Shown here piece by piece: positions 37,320 through 50,405 of a DNA stretch of 64,000 nt (positions are counted from its first letter, which is position 1; the number at the start of each line of letters is the position of its first letter). The DNA lies in assembly GCA_030324005.1 (NCBI GenBank), contig JARDVH010000132.1, positions 88,835,350 through 88,899,349 of the forward strand, given 5' to 3'. The stretch comes from Negaprion brevirostris. Taxonomy: Eukaryota. The notes under the pieces are model-generated. The model did no database searches. It saw only the letters and a program-made list of their open reading frames with translations, and was not told the origin of the DNA. The position numbers were made by a program, and so were the translations under genes.

Positions 37320-39032
37320 TAAGGAACAGGAGAAGACTAGACAGCCCATTGAGCCTGTTCCACCATTCAATATAATCACGGCTGATCGTAGGCCTCAATT
37401 GTTTGCTCCCCTATACCCTCATTCCTGAGAGCCCAAAAGTCTTTCTATCTCAGCCTTAAATATATTCAATGAAGGACCCCTCTGGGGTCAAAAGAATTTC
37501 AAAGATTCACAATCCTCTAAATTAAGAAATTTCTCTTTATCTTAGTCCTAAATGATTGGATCCTTATCCAAATCTGTATATGCCCCCTTGTTCTAGAGTC
37601 CCTGACTGGGGAAACAATATTGCAATAAGTACCTTGTCAAATTGCTTCATAATCTTGAATGTATCAAGGAGATCATTTTTCAGTTTTACAAACTCCATTG
37701 AGAAAAAAATCCAATTTACTCAGACGTCCACCATAGGACAACCCTTCCAGCTCACTAATCAAGTGAAACCTCACTGTACTGCCTTCAAATGCAAGTGTTC
37801 CTTTCCTTAAATATGGAGACTAATATTCTAGGGTCTCAAAAAACCCCTGTATAATTGTAGCAAGGACTTATTTATTCTTTTATACCAATCTGCTTGCAAT
37901 AAAGGCCAAAATGTCATTTGCTTCCTTAATTGCACTGCATTTTTTTTAGATTCTTTGCACAACATTGATAAATTTCATGTCTTTTTAAACAATCTATTTT
38001 TCTATTCTTATGATGAAAATGAGTGTGCTCAGACTTTACATATTATATTGCCACCTCGTAGCCCACTCACTTAACTTGTCTATATCTTTTTGCAGTCTCT
38101 TTGTGCCCACCTCACAACTTGCATTCCCACCTAGTTTAGTATTGTCAGATTTTCTTAGCCAACGTCCTTTCTCACTAATGTGTATCATCCTTTATTATCA
38201 GAGTTATTACTCTTCATTTTCCTCCTTTGCCTGTCTTTTCCAAATGTTGCACATCCTGGAATATATACTCTCAACCCTATCATCTTGTAGCCATGTCTCT
38301 CTCATGTCAGTTGGATCCAAACAGTTATCTGTATTTGTGCCACTAGTTCATCTATCTTACCGGGGGTGCTCCACCCATTAGGATAAAGTGACTTCAATTA
38401 TTTTTAATACTATTCCCCACTTTGGCCTTACTGACTGATGCACTATTACTATACACTCTCCATATCTTTGTGTCCCATTCTGCTTGTCTTTGCCCACATC
38501 AATATACTTTTCTATTGCCTCAATTTTCTCTTCTGCTGTACATCCCCTTGTAAATCCTTCCACCACTTCCCCTTCCCACTACTTAATTTAAAATCCTAGT
38601 TATACGACTTACCAGCTCACTAGCCCTAGCACAGTTCAGGTAAAGGCCTTCCCAATGATACAACTTCCCCTTCCCCAGTACTGGTACCAATGCCCTATGA
38701 ATTGAAACCCATTTCTCCCACACCAGTGATTGAGCCATGCATTCAACTCTCTGATCTTATTTACCCAATGTCAATTTGCTCATGGCACAGGTAGCAAACC
38801 AGAGATTATTGTCTTTGTGGTTCTGTCCTCTGATTTAGTCCCTGGCTGCTCGTAATCACTCAGAAGCACCTCTTTCTTAGTCCTACCTATGTTCTTTGTA
38901 CCTACGTGGACTTGTAACTAGATCCTTCCCCTTTTTGGCCCAGAGGGGATGTCCTTAACACTCACACCAGGCATGTACGTTCTTCGCAACTCGCGCTTTT
39001 AGTTTCAGAGAATTGTATCTATTTCCCTTATC
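37320..39032 (-). mobile_element. Internally deleted CR1 LINE (3' tail, ORF2 pieces, ORF1-like region)
   Basis: CR1 tail at left; ORF1-like motifs at 38620-39030 (CCCCAGTACTGGTACCAATGCCC, CATGGCACAGGTAGCAAACCAGAGATTA). Confidence 0.75.
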
Positions 39033-39620
39033 TAGAACAGATGATCAAAAGTTTGGTCAGGCAGGTAGGTTTTCAGGAATGTCATGAAGAAGAAGAGAGG
39101 GAAGGAGATAGAGTGGCTTAAAAAGGAATTCAAATGCTTGGAGCTAATACAGCCAAAGGCGTGGCCATTAATGATGGGGTGAAGCAAACTGGGGATACCC
39201 AAAGGCCTATGTTGGCAGAATACAGATTTCTCAAAGGCTAAGAGTAGAGCAACTCACAGAGGTAGGGAGGAGTGAAACCACAAAGGGATTTATACACAAT
39301 CAAATATTTTCAATTTGACAAATTGCTGGACCAGGAGCTGATTTAGGTGACTGAACACTAGGGCTTGGTGCAAGTTAGAATATGGACAGCAAAGGTTTGG
39401 ACAATCTCAAGTTTATGGAGAGTGGAAAATGAAAGGTCAATCAACAGATATATACCTATAGATTGAGGCAGGGCTGGAGATGAGTAATGTAATAGAGGTG
39501 GAAGTAGGCAGTCTTACTGATGTAGAAGGTTGGGGTTGGAAGGTCATCTTGGGGTCAAATCAGTTGTGAATAGTCCTATTCAATCTGAACGTGGAACAGG
39601 TTGGGGAATAAAACTAAAGG
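39033..39620 (-). mobile_element. L2 LINE (right part of the split element)
   Basis: GATCAAAAGTTTGGTCAGGCAGGTAGGTTTT...GGAATTCAAATGCTTGG. Confidence 0.7.
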
Positions 39621-39929
39621 AGATAGGCAGTGATTTTTCAGTACCTATNNNNNNNNNNNNNNNNNNNNNNNNNNNNNNNNNNNNNNNNNNNNNNNNNNNN
39701 NNNNNNNNNNNNNNNNNNNNNNNNNNNNNNNNNNNNNNNNNNNNNNNNNNNNNNNNNNNNNCATTTATTTTCTGCTTTGGATTGTTGTGAAGTTATGGAA
39801 TGGGTAAGCTTTACTATTAATGTGTAAAACTCCTACTGTGGATTTGCTGACCCAATCTAGAAATTGCCTGATTTCCATATCCAGTGAAATCAATGGAAAT
39901 TAAAACTGAGTTGTTTCTATAATGCCAAT

Positions 39930-40100
39930 CAATCCACAAGGAGATTGATAGGTTCTTGATTGATAACGGAGTCAAAGGTTACAGAGAAAAGGTGGGAGAA
40001 TGGGGTTGAGAAGGTTGTTAGCTATGGTTGAATAGCGGAGCGGAGTGAATGGGTAAATGGCCTAATTCTGCTCCTACATCTTATGGTTTTAGATGGTTTT
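39930..40100 (+). mobile_element. CR1 3' tail
   Basis: GAGATTGATAGGTTCTTGATT...TGGCCTAATTCTGCTCCTACATCTTATGG. Confidence 0.8.
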
Positions 40101-40479
40101 ATGCATCAGTAGCCAGCCGAAAATCTACCCCCATGGATTTCAGCTCTTGCTTTGGGATTTGATGGATCTGTGCTTTGCCACATCATGATGCAAGATCATC
40201 CATACAGAGGATTCAGTACATCTGATTATAAGTATTTCAATGCTAAATTGAAATATAAAATCCTGCAATGGTGGTGCTACTTTTAAAAAACATATTCAAA
40301 TATTCAGATAGCTTATTATGGATACATTTTAATCATTGGAGAATTAGATTTACTTTGCTGAATTCCATAATTCTTGGATGTTGCTAGTGCCAATTAGTGT
40401 CCTGTGTACTAGCCCTTAAGGAAAGCTTGAAAGATTTTGCGAAGGAATCTCCATTCTTTATAACTGTACGATTTATAAG

Positions 40480-40625
40480 TAGAACGAAAGAATAAACTTC
40501 TTTTATATAAAAAATGCCTTTCATGTTCTCAGAACATTCCAAAGTGCTTCACAGCCATTGATGTTGTTTACAAGCATAGTCACAATTGTTATATGAGGAA
40601 TGTGGCGGCCATTTTAAATTTCTAT
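40480..40625 (-). mobile_element. Deu-SINE 3' tail
   Basis: GCCTTTCATG...CAAAGTGCTTCACAGCCATTGA...AGTCAC...GGAATGTGGCGGCCATTT. Confidence 0.65.
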
Positions 40626-40752
40626 AAAAATGAATGACAACTTAGTAGTGGCCTGCAGTAAGGAAGCCCGTAATGTGACAGGAAATTAGGCTTTTGTAAG
40701 TGTTCCATGTGTGTGGTTTCATTAAGGAGCTATATGCATGCTGCACCATCCT

Positions 40753-40986
40753 TCACAAGCTGCAATGTTTGTGAGGGTAGTCATTGAGGATGAGTGAAAG
40801 CTGTTGGTTCCGATCAAAACAATTTAAGCCAAGCCAATTAAAACCAGATTGAAAATGCACAGCACTGACAAATCCAAATCCTAGGCCCTGGCAGAAAAAT
40901 TTAAAAAAAGAATCTTCAGGAACAGGAGAAGACCATTGGTTCAACTGCAGCATCTGTTTTTCAGCATATCTCTGAATCTCTTCAAG
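40753..40986 (-). CDS. Candidate terminal exon, 77 aa (LEEIQRYAEKQMLQLNQW...DYPHKHCSL*)
   Basis: TGTATCTGCAG acceptor followed by a long open frame in unique sequence; a phase-2 reading LKRFRDMLKNRCCS* is also possible. Confidence 0.3.
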   Translation of the reverse strand, partial: LEEIQRYAEKQMLQLNQWSSPVPEDSFFKFFCQGLGFGFVSAVHFQSGFNWLGLNCFDRNQQLSLILNDYPHKHCSL

Positions 40987-41819
40987 CTGCAGATACACAA
41001 TTAAATGTTGTTAAATCCATTTATATTATTCACTGCAGTGGTCTTGCCTAGAAACATCCTGTGTTCGTCTACTATTCATTGGCTGGAGGTATTAATCCAT
41101 CTGACCTCCTGTCTGACTTGTGGCTTCCTACATTTTTGCTTTTGTATCCTCATGTGGATTTTAATCTTTTGCTATGCTAAATACTCTGCCTAGATAAATT
41201 GCATCAATTTCCTTCATAATTTTTAAAATCTTAACTTTGCTTTAAGGAACTGAGTCCAGAATGTAGACTACATCCCACAGTTCTCTGTGTCAATTTCCGT
41301 CATTTTAGAATACCTTATCAACACTCTTTATCCATCATCCCCAGATTGGGTTTCCATGTGGGGAGCAGATCTGCCTTTCACCAATAGAATCTCTAGGTCA
41401 CAAACTTCCTTTCAAAACCTTCCCCTGACATGAACCCAATATTATTCTCAGAAAAGAACTTCACACATCTCTCACATCATGGATTCCCACAATCAGATGT
41501 TTGATATTTTCCTCAGACAAGATCTGTCTTTTCGCACAGATTCTTTAACGATTTATTGACATCAGGCAACTGACATTATTTGGGATGATTTTTAGCCATC
41601 ACCAGGAACATCCCCCTCCTTGGCAATGTTTCTTTGAAAAGCCCTCTCTTAAAGCTTCTCTTGATGGTCTTGCTGAAGTGGATTTTTCTGCGGCCTTTCA
41701 ACAAGGCCCTATCTAACAGATAATCCAGATTCAGAATAATATGCTGGATGATACTGTTATTATTAAAATTTGTGTATAATTGCACAACCACACAATTTTT
41801 CTTGCCCCCTCAACAAAGA

Positions 41820-42225
41820 ACAACCCAGCCCGGGAAACAGGCCCTTCGGCCCAACAAGCCCGCACCGCCATTTCAACAAAGCGTTTTCCTACACCTACCC
41901 GGCCCCGTGTGTATGTGAATGGTACCCCTAATNNNNNNNNNNNNNNNNNNNNNNNNNNNNNNNNNNNNNNNNNNNNNNNNNNNNNNNNNNNNNNNNNNNN
42001 NNNNNNNNNNNNNNNNNNNNNNNNNNNNNNNNGAGAGGTCCCAGTACTGAGCCCTGCGGCACACCACTGGTGACTGACCTCCAGCCAGAAAAGGACCCTT
42101 CCACTACTATTCTCCGTCTCCTATTGCCCAGCCAGTTTTCAATCCATCTAGCTACCTGTCCTTGTATCCCATGTGCCTTAACCAGTGCCTACCAGTCTAC
42201 CGTGAGGGACTTTGTCAAACCTCCA
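41820..42225 (-). mobile_element. CR1 LINE pieces spanning a 100-N gap
   Basis: GGAAACAGGCCCTTCGGCCCAAC tail; GGTCCCAGTACTGAGCCCTGCGGCACACCACTGGT encodes the RT motif TSGVPQGSVLGP. Confidence 0.85.
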
Positions 42226-42357
42226 TAAATATTTTCCTGTCATTTCATAACCTTCTGTTCAGTTTACGTTGGACACCCTCAGCTATGTGTCCTAATCTGG
42301 GAAACAAAGTGTACAAGTTAAAAAATCAGATTAGAGAAAAAAAGAAAATGTATTTAT

Positions 42358-42675
42358 GAATCATAGAATCCCATACAGTGCAGTATGAGGCCATTTAGCC
42401 CATTGAGCCTGCACTGACAACAATCCTACCCAGGCCCTGTCCCCGTAAGCCCACATATTTGCCCTGCTAATCCTCCTGACTCTAAGGGTCAATTGAACAT
42501 GGCCAATGCGCCCAACCCTTTGGACTGTGGGAGGAAACCAGAGCACCCGGAGGAAACACATGCAGACATGGTGAAAAAGTGTAATCTCCACTCAGACAGT
42601 CACCCAAGGCCAGAAATGAACCTGGATCACTGGCATTGTGAGATTGCAGGGCTAATCACTGCGCCACCATGCCGA
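42358..42675 (-). mobile_element. HE1-type V-SINE, full length
   Basis: GAATCATAGAATC tail, body and head. Confidence 0.92.
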
Positions 42676-43526
42676 AGTAAGGAATGCAAAGGAAAATGCA
42701 TTTTAGTTGTTACTTCATTTATATTTCAAAACTTACATTGATTTGTATTGGCCATATTTTGATCTGTGTGTTGGGAGTCAAATAATGTGAGTAAATAATT
42801 AAGGCTAGAAAAGGAAGCACTAATGAACTTCCCTTCAATCTTACGGCTACTCCTGAAAAACTGCCCTGGGGTGAATAAAAATGAAAATTGATTTGTTTAT
42901 TTGCATACAGAAATAAAACTGCTGATGTGGAGGAACAATTGTTTTTAATAATTGTGACTCAGTTTTGAATATTTCTCAAATGTAGCCAGAGTTACAGTTA
43001 AATAATGAATAAGTTATTAAAGGATACTTGCTGATTGAAACACAACTACCTTTTGACATCCAACCAGTTTCGAGTGAAATAGGTCAATATCATGAAATAA
43101 TGGAAACCAATTCCAAATCCATTGCCCAGAACCTCTGTTCCCTGGTGACCAAATCCCAGAAAATGTGCTGGGAGCACCACCACCACCCCGCCGCCGGGGA
43201 TGTCTCCACTCAAGGACTGCATAGGCTCAGAAATTGAAGCTGGAACCATCCGATACTCCGATTTAAATGGCACTTCAGATGGTTCCAACTTTTTAGTGGA
43301 CTAGATTACCCAGAAAATGTATTAAAACTGCTTAAATCCTGGATAACTGTGCTGCTGAACCCAGAGATGCTCACTGGACAACCCACAACACCATTTATGC
43401 AACGGATTCATTTTACCGAGATTAATTGTTATTTTGTGGTCCCCATTGTTCATTCCAGATAGATGAAACTCTATTTATATTGAGTCAACGTCCCAAGAAC
43501 TTCCAGCCCTCTCTGCCCACACTTAT

Positions 43527-43838
43527 CTTGGAATCCCTGGAGTGTAGAAGGAGGCCATTCAGCCATTGAACCTGCACCAATAATAATCCCACCCAGGCCC
43601 TATCTCCGTAACGCCACGTTTTTAGCCTGCTAATCACCCTGACACGAAGGAGCAATTTACCATGACCAATCAACTTAACCAGCACGTCTTTCGGACTGTG
43701 GGAGTTAATGGTGCATCTGGAGGAAAGCCACGCAGACGCAGGGAAAACGTACAAATTCAGCACAGACAGTGACTTGAGGCCAGAATTGAACCCGGGCCCC
43801 TGGCGCTGTGAAGCAGCAATGTGAGCCACCGTGCCTCC
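43527..43838 (-). mobile_element. HE1-type V-SINE
   Basis: Tail, body and head. Confidence 0.9.
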
Positions 43839-43915
43839 CCAGAATCTACACTGTTTGTCAAGTGGTGATTGCACTTGCATTTTGGTATATTAACATAACT
43901 TTGCAAAAACTCTAA

Positions 43916-44045
43916 GGCGGGATTTTCTAGCTGTGTTCGCCCCAAAGCCAGAAAATCCCACCCGAAATCAACAAACCTTTCCATAATCTGTTTCCCGCCC
44001 ACTATGATTCCCGTGGTGAGTGGGCGGGATTGGAAAATTATGCCC
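43916..44045. mobile_element. 127-bp-family Harbinger-type MITE
   Basis: GGCGGGATTTTC / GAAAATTATGCCC; same internal sequence as 26729. Confidence 0.75.
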
Positions 44046-44074
44046 TCAATGTTTTTCACAAATGTTTTATTAAA

Positions 44075-44690
44075 TCAGCCGGAACATTGAGTTTAAAAAT
44101 TGGCAAGTCATGTTGCAGCTTTATAGAACCTTAGTTAGACTACACTTGGAATATAGTATTCAATTCTGGTGGCCACACTACCAGAAAGATGTGGAGGCTT
44201 TGAAGAGGGTGCAGATTTACCAGGATGTTGCCTGGTATGGCGGGCAGTAGCTATGAGGAGAGGTTGGCGAGACTTGGTTCGTTCTCACTGGAACAATGGA
44301 GGTTGAGGGGAGACTTGATAGAAGTCTACAAGATTTTGAGGGGCATGGACAGAGTGGATGGATATTCAGAAGCTTTTTCCCAGGGTGCAAGAGTCAATTA
44401 CTCAGGCCATAGGTTTAAAGTGTGAGGGGCAAGGTTTAAAGGAGATGTTCAAGGCAAATTTTTTTACACAGAAGTGGTGGATGACTAGATCTCACTGTCA
44501 GTGAGATAGTGGAAGCAGATATGATAGTGACTTTTAAAGGGCGTCTTGACAGATACATGAACAGGATGGGAATGGAGGGATATGATCCCCGAAAGAGTAG
44601 GGGGTTTTAGTTCAGTCGGGCAGCATGGTCAATGCAGTCTAGGAGGGTCGAAGGGCCTGTTCCTGTGCTGTAATTTCCCTTGTTGTTCTT
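44075..44690 (+). mobile_element. CR1 LINE 3' ~600 bp
   Basis: Translates MLPGMAGSSYEERLARLGSFSLEQWRLRGDLIEVYKILRGMDRVD; GGGCCTGTTCCTGTGCTGTA tail. Confidence 0.92.
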
Positions 44691-44843
44691 TTTTGTTGTT
44701 TTTTTTGTCAATATTGAATATTTACAGTGTGCATTTTTCATCTATACTAAATTATTGTCTGAAATCATGGCGTGGGACAATTGAAGACAAATACGCTAAA
44801 TATTCAGCTAAAAGTGCTCACTCTGTATGTTTGTGGAAATCTT

Positions 44844-44970
44844 GGGCAGGATTTTACAGCATTGCCCATCCCGTAATAGTAAAATCCCACCCGAAGTCCA
44901 TGGACCTTTCCATGGTCCGTCCCTTGCCTGCTCCCATTCCCCTAGCAGGCAGGGCAGTAAAATTCTGGCC
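44844..44970. mobile_element. 127-bp Harbinger-type MITE
   Basis: GGGCAGGATTTTAC / GTAAAATTCTGGCC, flanks CTT/GTT. Confidence 0.8.
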
Positions 44971-45969
44971 GTTGACTCATTTAAAATAATGATATTTGAA
45001 AAACTGAAGTGAAATCTTTAAATGCTGTAATTGTTCCCTCAAATTAGAATTTTCTTCCAAAGAATGGGCAAGGGCAATTTTAATATACTCCTGTTTATTA
45101 AATGGGGCATTAAATGAATTCATGTGGAAACAAAGGACTTTTTCACATTATAATCACAATGCCAACATGTATTATTTGCCATTATTGGTTTAGTGTCATC
45201 AGCTGTTTGCATAATCTTGCATTATTTTCCATTGTTGTAAGGGTTTTTCTCAGTAGTAACCATGGTTAATATTAAATAGATTGGTTCACGACAGTTGCAG
45301 GGTTGTTGTTAACTATGTTTCTCAGACTTGTGCTTTCTCCGTAACGTGTGTGAAGCAACTTGACCCCATTAGTAAAGTATTGGCACAAATCGAAACACAT
45401 CAAGANNNNNNNNNNNNNNNNNNNNNNNNNNNNNNNNNNNNNNNNNNNNNNNNNNNNNNNNNNNNNNNNNNNNNNNNNNNNNNNNNNNNNNNNNNNNNNN
45501 NNNNNNNNNNNNNNNNNNNNNNNNNNNNNNNNNNNNNNNNNNNNNNNNNNNNNNNNNNNNNNNNNNNNNNNNNNNNNNNNNNNNNNNNNNNNNNNNNNNN
45601 NNNNNNNNNNNNNNNNNNNNNNATTGAATAAATTAAAATAATACATATCGAGTGCTAAACTGTAACACGTTGTGTGGTTCCTTAGCAGTTGTCTAATGGG
45701 TATGGTTTGGTTTGCCTATACACAAAAGAATACAAGATTGCCTCCCACACAATTACTGCATGTTCTATGAGCTACCCACTTTCAGTATTTGTACCTCTTG
45801 AAGTATCTAAAGGGAATTTGAAAATATTTTGACAAGTTGGAAGAATCTTTTCCCATAGGCAAAGCAGCTGACCATTGTATTGAGAGAGTCTAGAATCCTT
45901 GGGCTCTTGCATTGTAGGAATTTACAGGAACATAGGAATTGGATGGCATAAAAGGAGCCTATTCAGTTC

Positions 45970-46200
45970 ATCATGGGAACAGCCCCACCTGCACACTCTC
46001 CCACACCCAGGTCAGGCACCATCCTGACTTGGAAATATATCGCCGTTCCTTTGCTGTCACTGGACAGAAATCCTGGAACTCCCTCCCTAACAGCACTGTG
46101 GGTGTACCTACACCAACACCATATTCTCAAGGGCAATTCAAGATCAACGATAAAAACGCTGGCCTAGCCAGCAACACCCATGTCCCATGAAAGTAATTTT
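45970..46200 (+). mobile_element. LINE 3' end (GCAATAAATGCTGGCC family)
   Basis: CACCATCCTGACTTGGAAATATATCGCCGTTCCTT...CCTGGAACTCCCTCCCTAACAGCACTGTGGGTGTACC. Confidence 0.8.
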
Positions 46201-46700
46201 TAAAAATTCTGTGCCGATCAAACAAAGAGTTATCCAGTCAAATCCCACTTTCCAGCCCTTGATCTGCAGCCCTGTAGGCTATGAGTGGATTTACTTCAGT
46301 TTTTTAATAAAAAGTTTATGTAAGTGGGAGAAATTCATCTTAAAAGGTTTGCAGGCTTTATACTAATGTGACCAGGTGCCATGATGATGGATCAAAACGT
46401 CATATTAAACTTTAAATAAAACATGTTCACAAAAATTGACATATATGCCAAAGATGGCTGAGGAAATAAATTGTGGGAATGTAAATTGAGTGACTGTCTG
46501 GGAAGTTCCTGTGTGGATGATACTGAGTTCTGACAGACAATGGAATATCATACTCTTTTTCCAGAAAGGAACATAACAAAGGCACAAAGTAATGTAGGAA
46601 CTAACTGTAATCACCTATGGAGATAATAATAGAAGCCCTACAATGCAGAAGGAGGCCATTCAGCCCATAAAGTCTGCACTCATCTCATCTCATTTCATCT

Positions 46701-47420
46701 TGTCAGGAATCACATCCTGTAAGTTACGTCCCGAAACTTTGTGGGTTCTCCCCTTCCCAGGAATGCACAGAAGACTGGGATGAAAAAAAACACAGCCACA
46801 ATGCTGATCTGTGTGGATTAGTGCTGTGTGTGTCAGAGTGTGTGACACAGAAGCAAGAAAAGATGGCAGCAGTCACCCCTAAAAAGGATGCAGGTTACAG
46901 TCTTGCCCTTGAATTGCTAGAAGCAAGCTGAGGCAGCTCCTGTCAGCTAGTCAGCAGAACCCTGGAATCTTGAAACCGACTGTTCAACTGCTGAAGGCAG
47001 TACTACTGGAATAGCAAATCTAAAAACACAGCAGTGTTTCAGTATCCAAGTCTCCGCAGACAAGTCAGAGACTGATCCATATATTTTTTCCTCACTTATT
47101 TTTGGACACTTCTAATATGTCTGAGTGCATTTTTTATTATTATTTTCCTTGCATTTCATAGCTAATAAACTCTTCCTTTACACAAGAAAGCCTGGCAGAA
47201 TTGACTACTTTAAAAAAATACATTTGAACTTGGAAATGGTGTCTACAAGGGAAGCAATTCTTTTGAAGTAATCTTGTTGTGAGGAGGTTGAACAAAGGAA
47301 GAGAGTCAGTTTACACCTCCTCTCCTGGCAGCATAACAGTTTGGGGGCATCCAGTCCAGAATTGGGGCTCATGCTGAGAACTCCCACAGAGGGGATGGAG
47401 TGTAACAAATTTGGGGACCT
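46701..47420 (+). mobile_element. Probable LTR with a tRNA-Pro-like primer-binding remnant
   Basis: TGT start, internal AATAAA at 47164, CATAACA end at 47338 followed by TTGGGGGCATCC, similar to the Pro PBS TGGGGGCTCGTCC. Confidence 0.5.
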
Positions 47421-48403
47421 CACTTGGAGACCTGTCACAGCACCAAATGAGGAGGAATAAACTGCTTTACCTCCTCTCCCACTCCCCATTTGGTAATAAC
47501 AAATATTTTGAATTTTTAAAAGTGATGCTATATTACCAGTTCAGTGTGACCTTGACTGTGTGCAGTTTGTAAGAATTAAACCAGTTAAACACGCAAGATA
47601 TTAGTTTCATTGTACTGAAACTTGCCCAAGTAAAAATATGAAAAATAATCATATATGCTCTACTTTCCAATAAATGCGTGAATACTCTCTCAAACCCCAA
47701 GATTGCAGAAGAAGGAATGACTTTACAGAGAATCAAATTGGCCAAGTTAATGTGATTTTTTAAAAAAAGGCAAGTCAGTAAAGATTTACTGATTGTATCT
47801 GGAGGCGTGGGTTCTTCAGCTGAGGCAGTTGATTTAAAGTTGTGTCAAGTCAACAAAAGGAGTCCCTTTCTTCCTGGAAACATTGCCGACTATTNNNNNN
47901 NNNNNNNNNNNNNNNNNNNNNNNNNNNNNNNNNNNNNNNNNNNNNNNNNNNNNNNNNNNNNNNNNNNNNNNNNNNNNNNNNNNNNNNNNNNNNNNNNNNN
48001 NNNNNNNNNNNNNNNNNNNNNNNNNNNNNNNNNNNNNNNNNNNNNNNNNNNNNNNNNNNNNNNNNNNNNNNNNNNNNNNNNNNNNNNNNNNNNNNNNNNN
48101 NNNNNNNNNNNNNNNNNNNNNNNNNNNNNNNNNNNNNNNNNNNNNNNNNNNNNNNNNNNNNNNNNNNNNNNNNNNNNNNNNNNNNNNNNNNNNNNNNNNN
48201 NNNNNNNNNNNNNNNNNNNNNNNNNNNNNNNNNNNNNNNNNNNNNNNNNNNNNNNNNNNNNNNNNNNNNNNNNNNNNNNNNNNNNNNNNNNNNNNNNNNN
48301 NNNNNNNNNNNNNNNNNNNNNNNNNNNNNNNNNNNNNNNNNNNNNNNNNNNNNNNNNNNNNNNNNNNNNNNNNNNNNNNNNNNNNNNNNNNNNNNNNNNN
48401 NNN

Positions 48404-48682
48404 CCTGCCACATCAGATGGTGGAATTTGAATTTGATTTAAAAAAATCTGGAATGAAGAATCTACTGGTGACCATAAAACCACTATCAATTGTCGGAAAA
48501 ACCCATCTGGTTCACTAATGTCCTTTAGGGAAGGAAATCTGCTGTCCTTATTCGATCAGGCCCACATGTAACTCCAGAGCTCAGCAATGTGGTTGACACT
48601 CTCACAGCCCTCAGGAAACTAGGGATGAACAATAAATGCTGGCCAGACAGCGATGCCCATCTCCCACTAATGAATTAAAAAA
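48404..48682 (+). mobile_element. SINE sharing its 3' tail with the GCAATAAATGCTGGCC LINE
   Basis: AAAACCCATCTGGTTCACTAATGTCCTTTAGGGAAGGAAATCTG body plus AATAAATGCTGGCCAGACAGCGATGCCCA tail. Confidence 0.8.
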
Positions 48683-48730
48683 TGGAATATGGGTACAAAG
48701 ATGCTAATTGTTAGCCATGTTAAGTTGAGA

Positions 48731-48936
48731 GGCAGGATTATCTGGCATCCCAGCTGCATATTTCCTGCCGTGGGAGTTGGCGCGTTGTTTGCTAGCAGCG
48801 GAATTCTCTTGTTCTGCTGTTGTCAATGGGAATTCTGACTGATATCACCCCATGCAGGCCGGAAACCCACGAGCGGGGTGCGCTGCCGACGGGATTGGAG
48901 AATCCCACAGGCGTGAATGGCCGGAGAAATCCGGCC
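48731..48936. mobile_element. Harbinger-type MITE
   Basis: GGCAGGATTATCTGGC / GCCGGAGAAATCCGGCC; related to 34624 and 51496. Confidence 0.65.
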
Positions 48937-50327
48937 ATTGTCCTTGTTTCTGTGAAATGTTCCTTCTGAAAAGTTAAATATGTGAAACCAACAAATGAGA
49001 TATCAAATTCATTCCATTAGCACATCATCATGACAAAATGTACAAAAAAATCAATCAGAAATGCCTGACAGATTGGTGATAGCAATATTTGAAAAATGGG
49101 ATGTTCTTACCCTTTGTCCAAATTTGCGTTGTGTTATGCATATCAGAAGATACAACATCTGGACAGACTTAATGGCAAAGAAAGTACAGAAAAGAAACTA
49201 ACCAATTTTTAAAAATAATTGAGTAGCAGCTAGACTTCCTTGTATTGTATTATTTAGGAATGATCTGAAGAACTGAAAATCTCACACTTGAGTGCAATCA
49301 TTTAATGATGCTGATATCTATTTAATAGGACAAATCTTTATCGTCAAATGTTGTCATGATGAGGAGAGGAGATCATGGGTAATATTTGCGGTTTTCCTCC
49401 CTATCTCTCCTGAAGCAATTATTTATACAAAGTACAGATACACAGGTCCCAGCTGCTCTCCTGCGCCCCACTCAAGTGGTTTTCATTGTGTGTTCATATT
49501 TTACACAATGTTAACAATATCAATTTTTGCACATTCTGAGATGGAAAATGGACTTGCTACTCAAAATCATCATGTTGTAAGAATTAATGATTCATTTCAT
49601 TTCATTTTTTCCCCTCCTGTGTATTTACTTGGCTTGTTCGTTTTTTTAAAAACCACAGGTGGTGAGATTGTTGCTTCATGTGGTATGAGTTGTTGACATC
49701 CAAATTGAATTCAGAAATGACATCTATGGCTGAATTAAACTGTAAAGTAGCATTTACTTTAGGATAGACATTCTGCAGAATAGCATTAAATAGCATTACT
49801 GAACAAAATGGTGTTTCATTGGTATCATCATATAGGATATTGGAAAAACAAACCTTTCGATCTTAGCTTGGAAGAATTTGTCTTCAGTCTTTGTGTTTAA
49901 GGATCAAACAATTTGTTCTTACTATTAACTCAGCCAGAAAGTGGGCAGCACAGGAGGACTCTCAAATAGGAAACCTGGAAGTAGGGGTTTACTAATCTGA
50001 TGAGTTTCAGTTCTTTTCAATAGGGTTCCTGCCTGATGCCAGTCAGATTAACAGCAGAAAACCATTAAAGAGTCCACTCTAGTTAAGAGTAAAATCTAGA
50101 AGGAGTCAGATGAGTCATATATAGAGTGGGGATAGTTTGGGACAATACGTGGAGGGGCAGCTGGAGTTAGTGATGAATTGTACATTCCAGGGTTAAGGTC
50201 AGAAATCAGGGGTTTGGAGGTGAGTTAATTTTGGTGATTAATTGTGTAACAATACTTCATTGGGCCAAGGAGTACCTGGCCCACAAGCAGACACCTACTT
50301 CTTGGATCTGATCATCCTCGTGTATTT

Positions 50328-50405
50328 TCATAGAATCATGGAATCATAGAATCTCAACAGTGCAGAGGGAAACCATTTGACCCATTGAATCTGCACTGAC
50401 TCTCT
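50328..50405 (-). mobile_element. HE1/HER1 3' tail fragment
   Basis: TCATAGAATCATGGAATCATAGAATC...CAGTGCAGAGGG. Confidence 0.8.

Noticed and set aside
43046-43288. 80-aa ORF with a hydrophobic end, possible exon
   Set aside because: Weak donor, several frames open, and it overlaps a TGGAACCATC...ATTTAAAT...GATGGTTCCA inverted repeat like decayed palindromic transposons; not excluded but unsupported.
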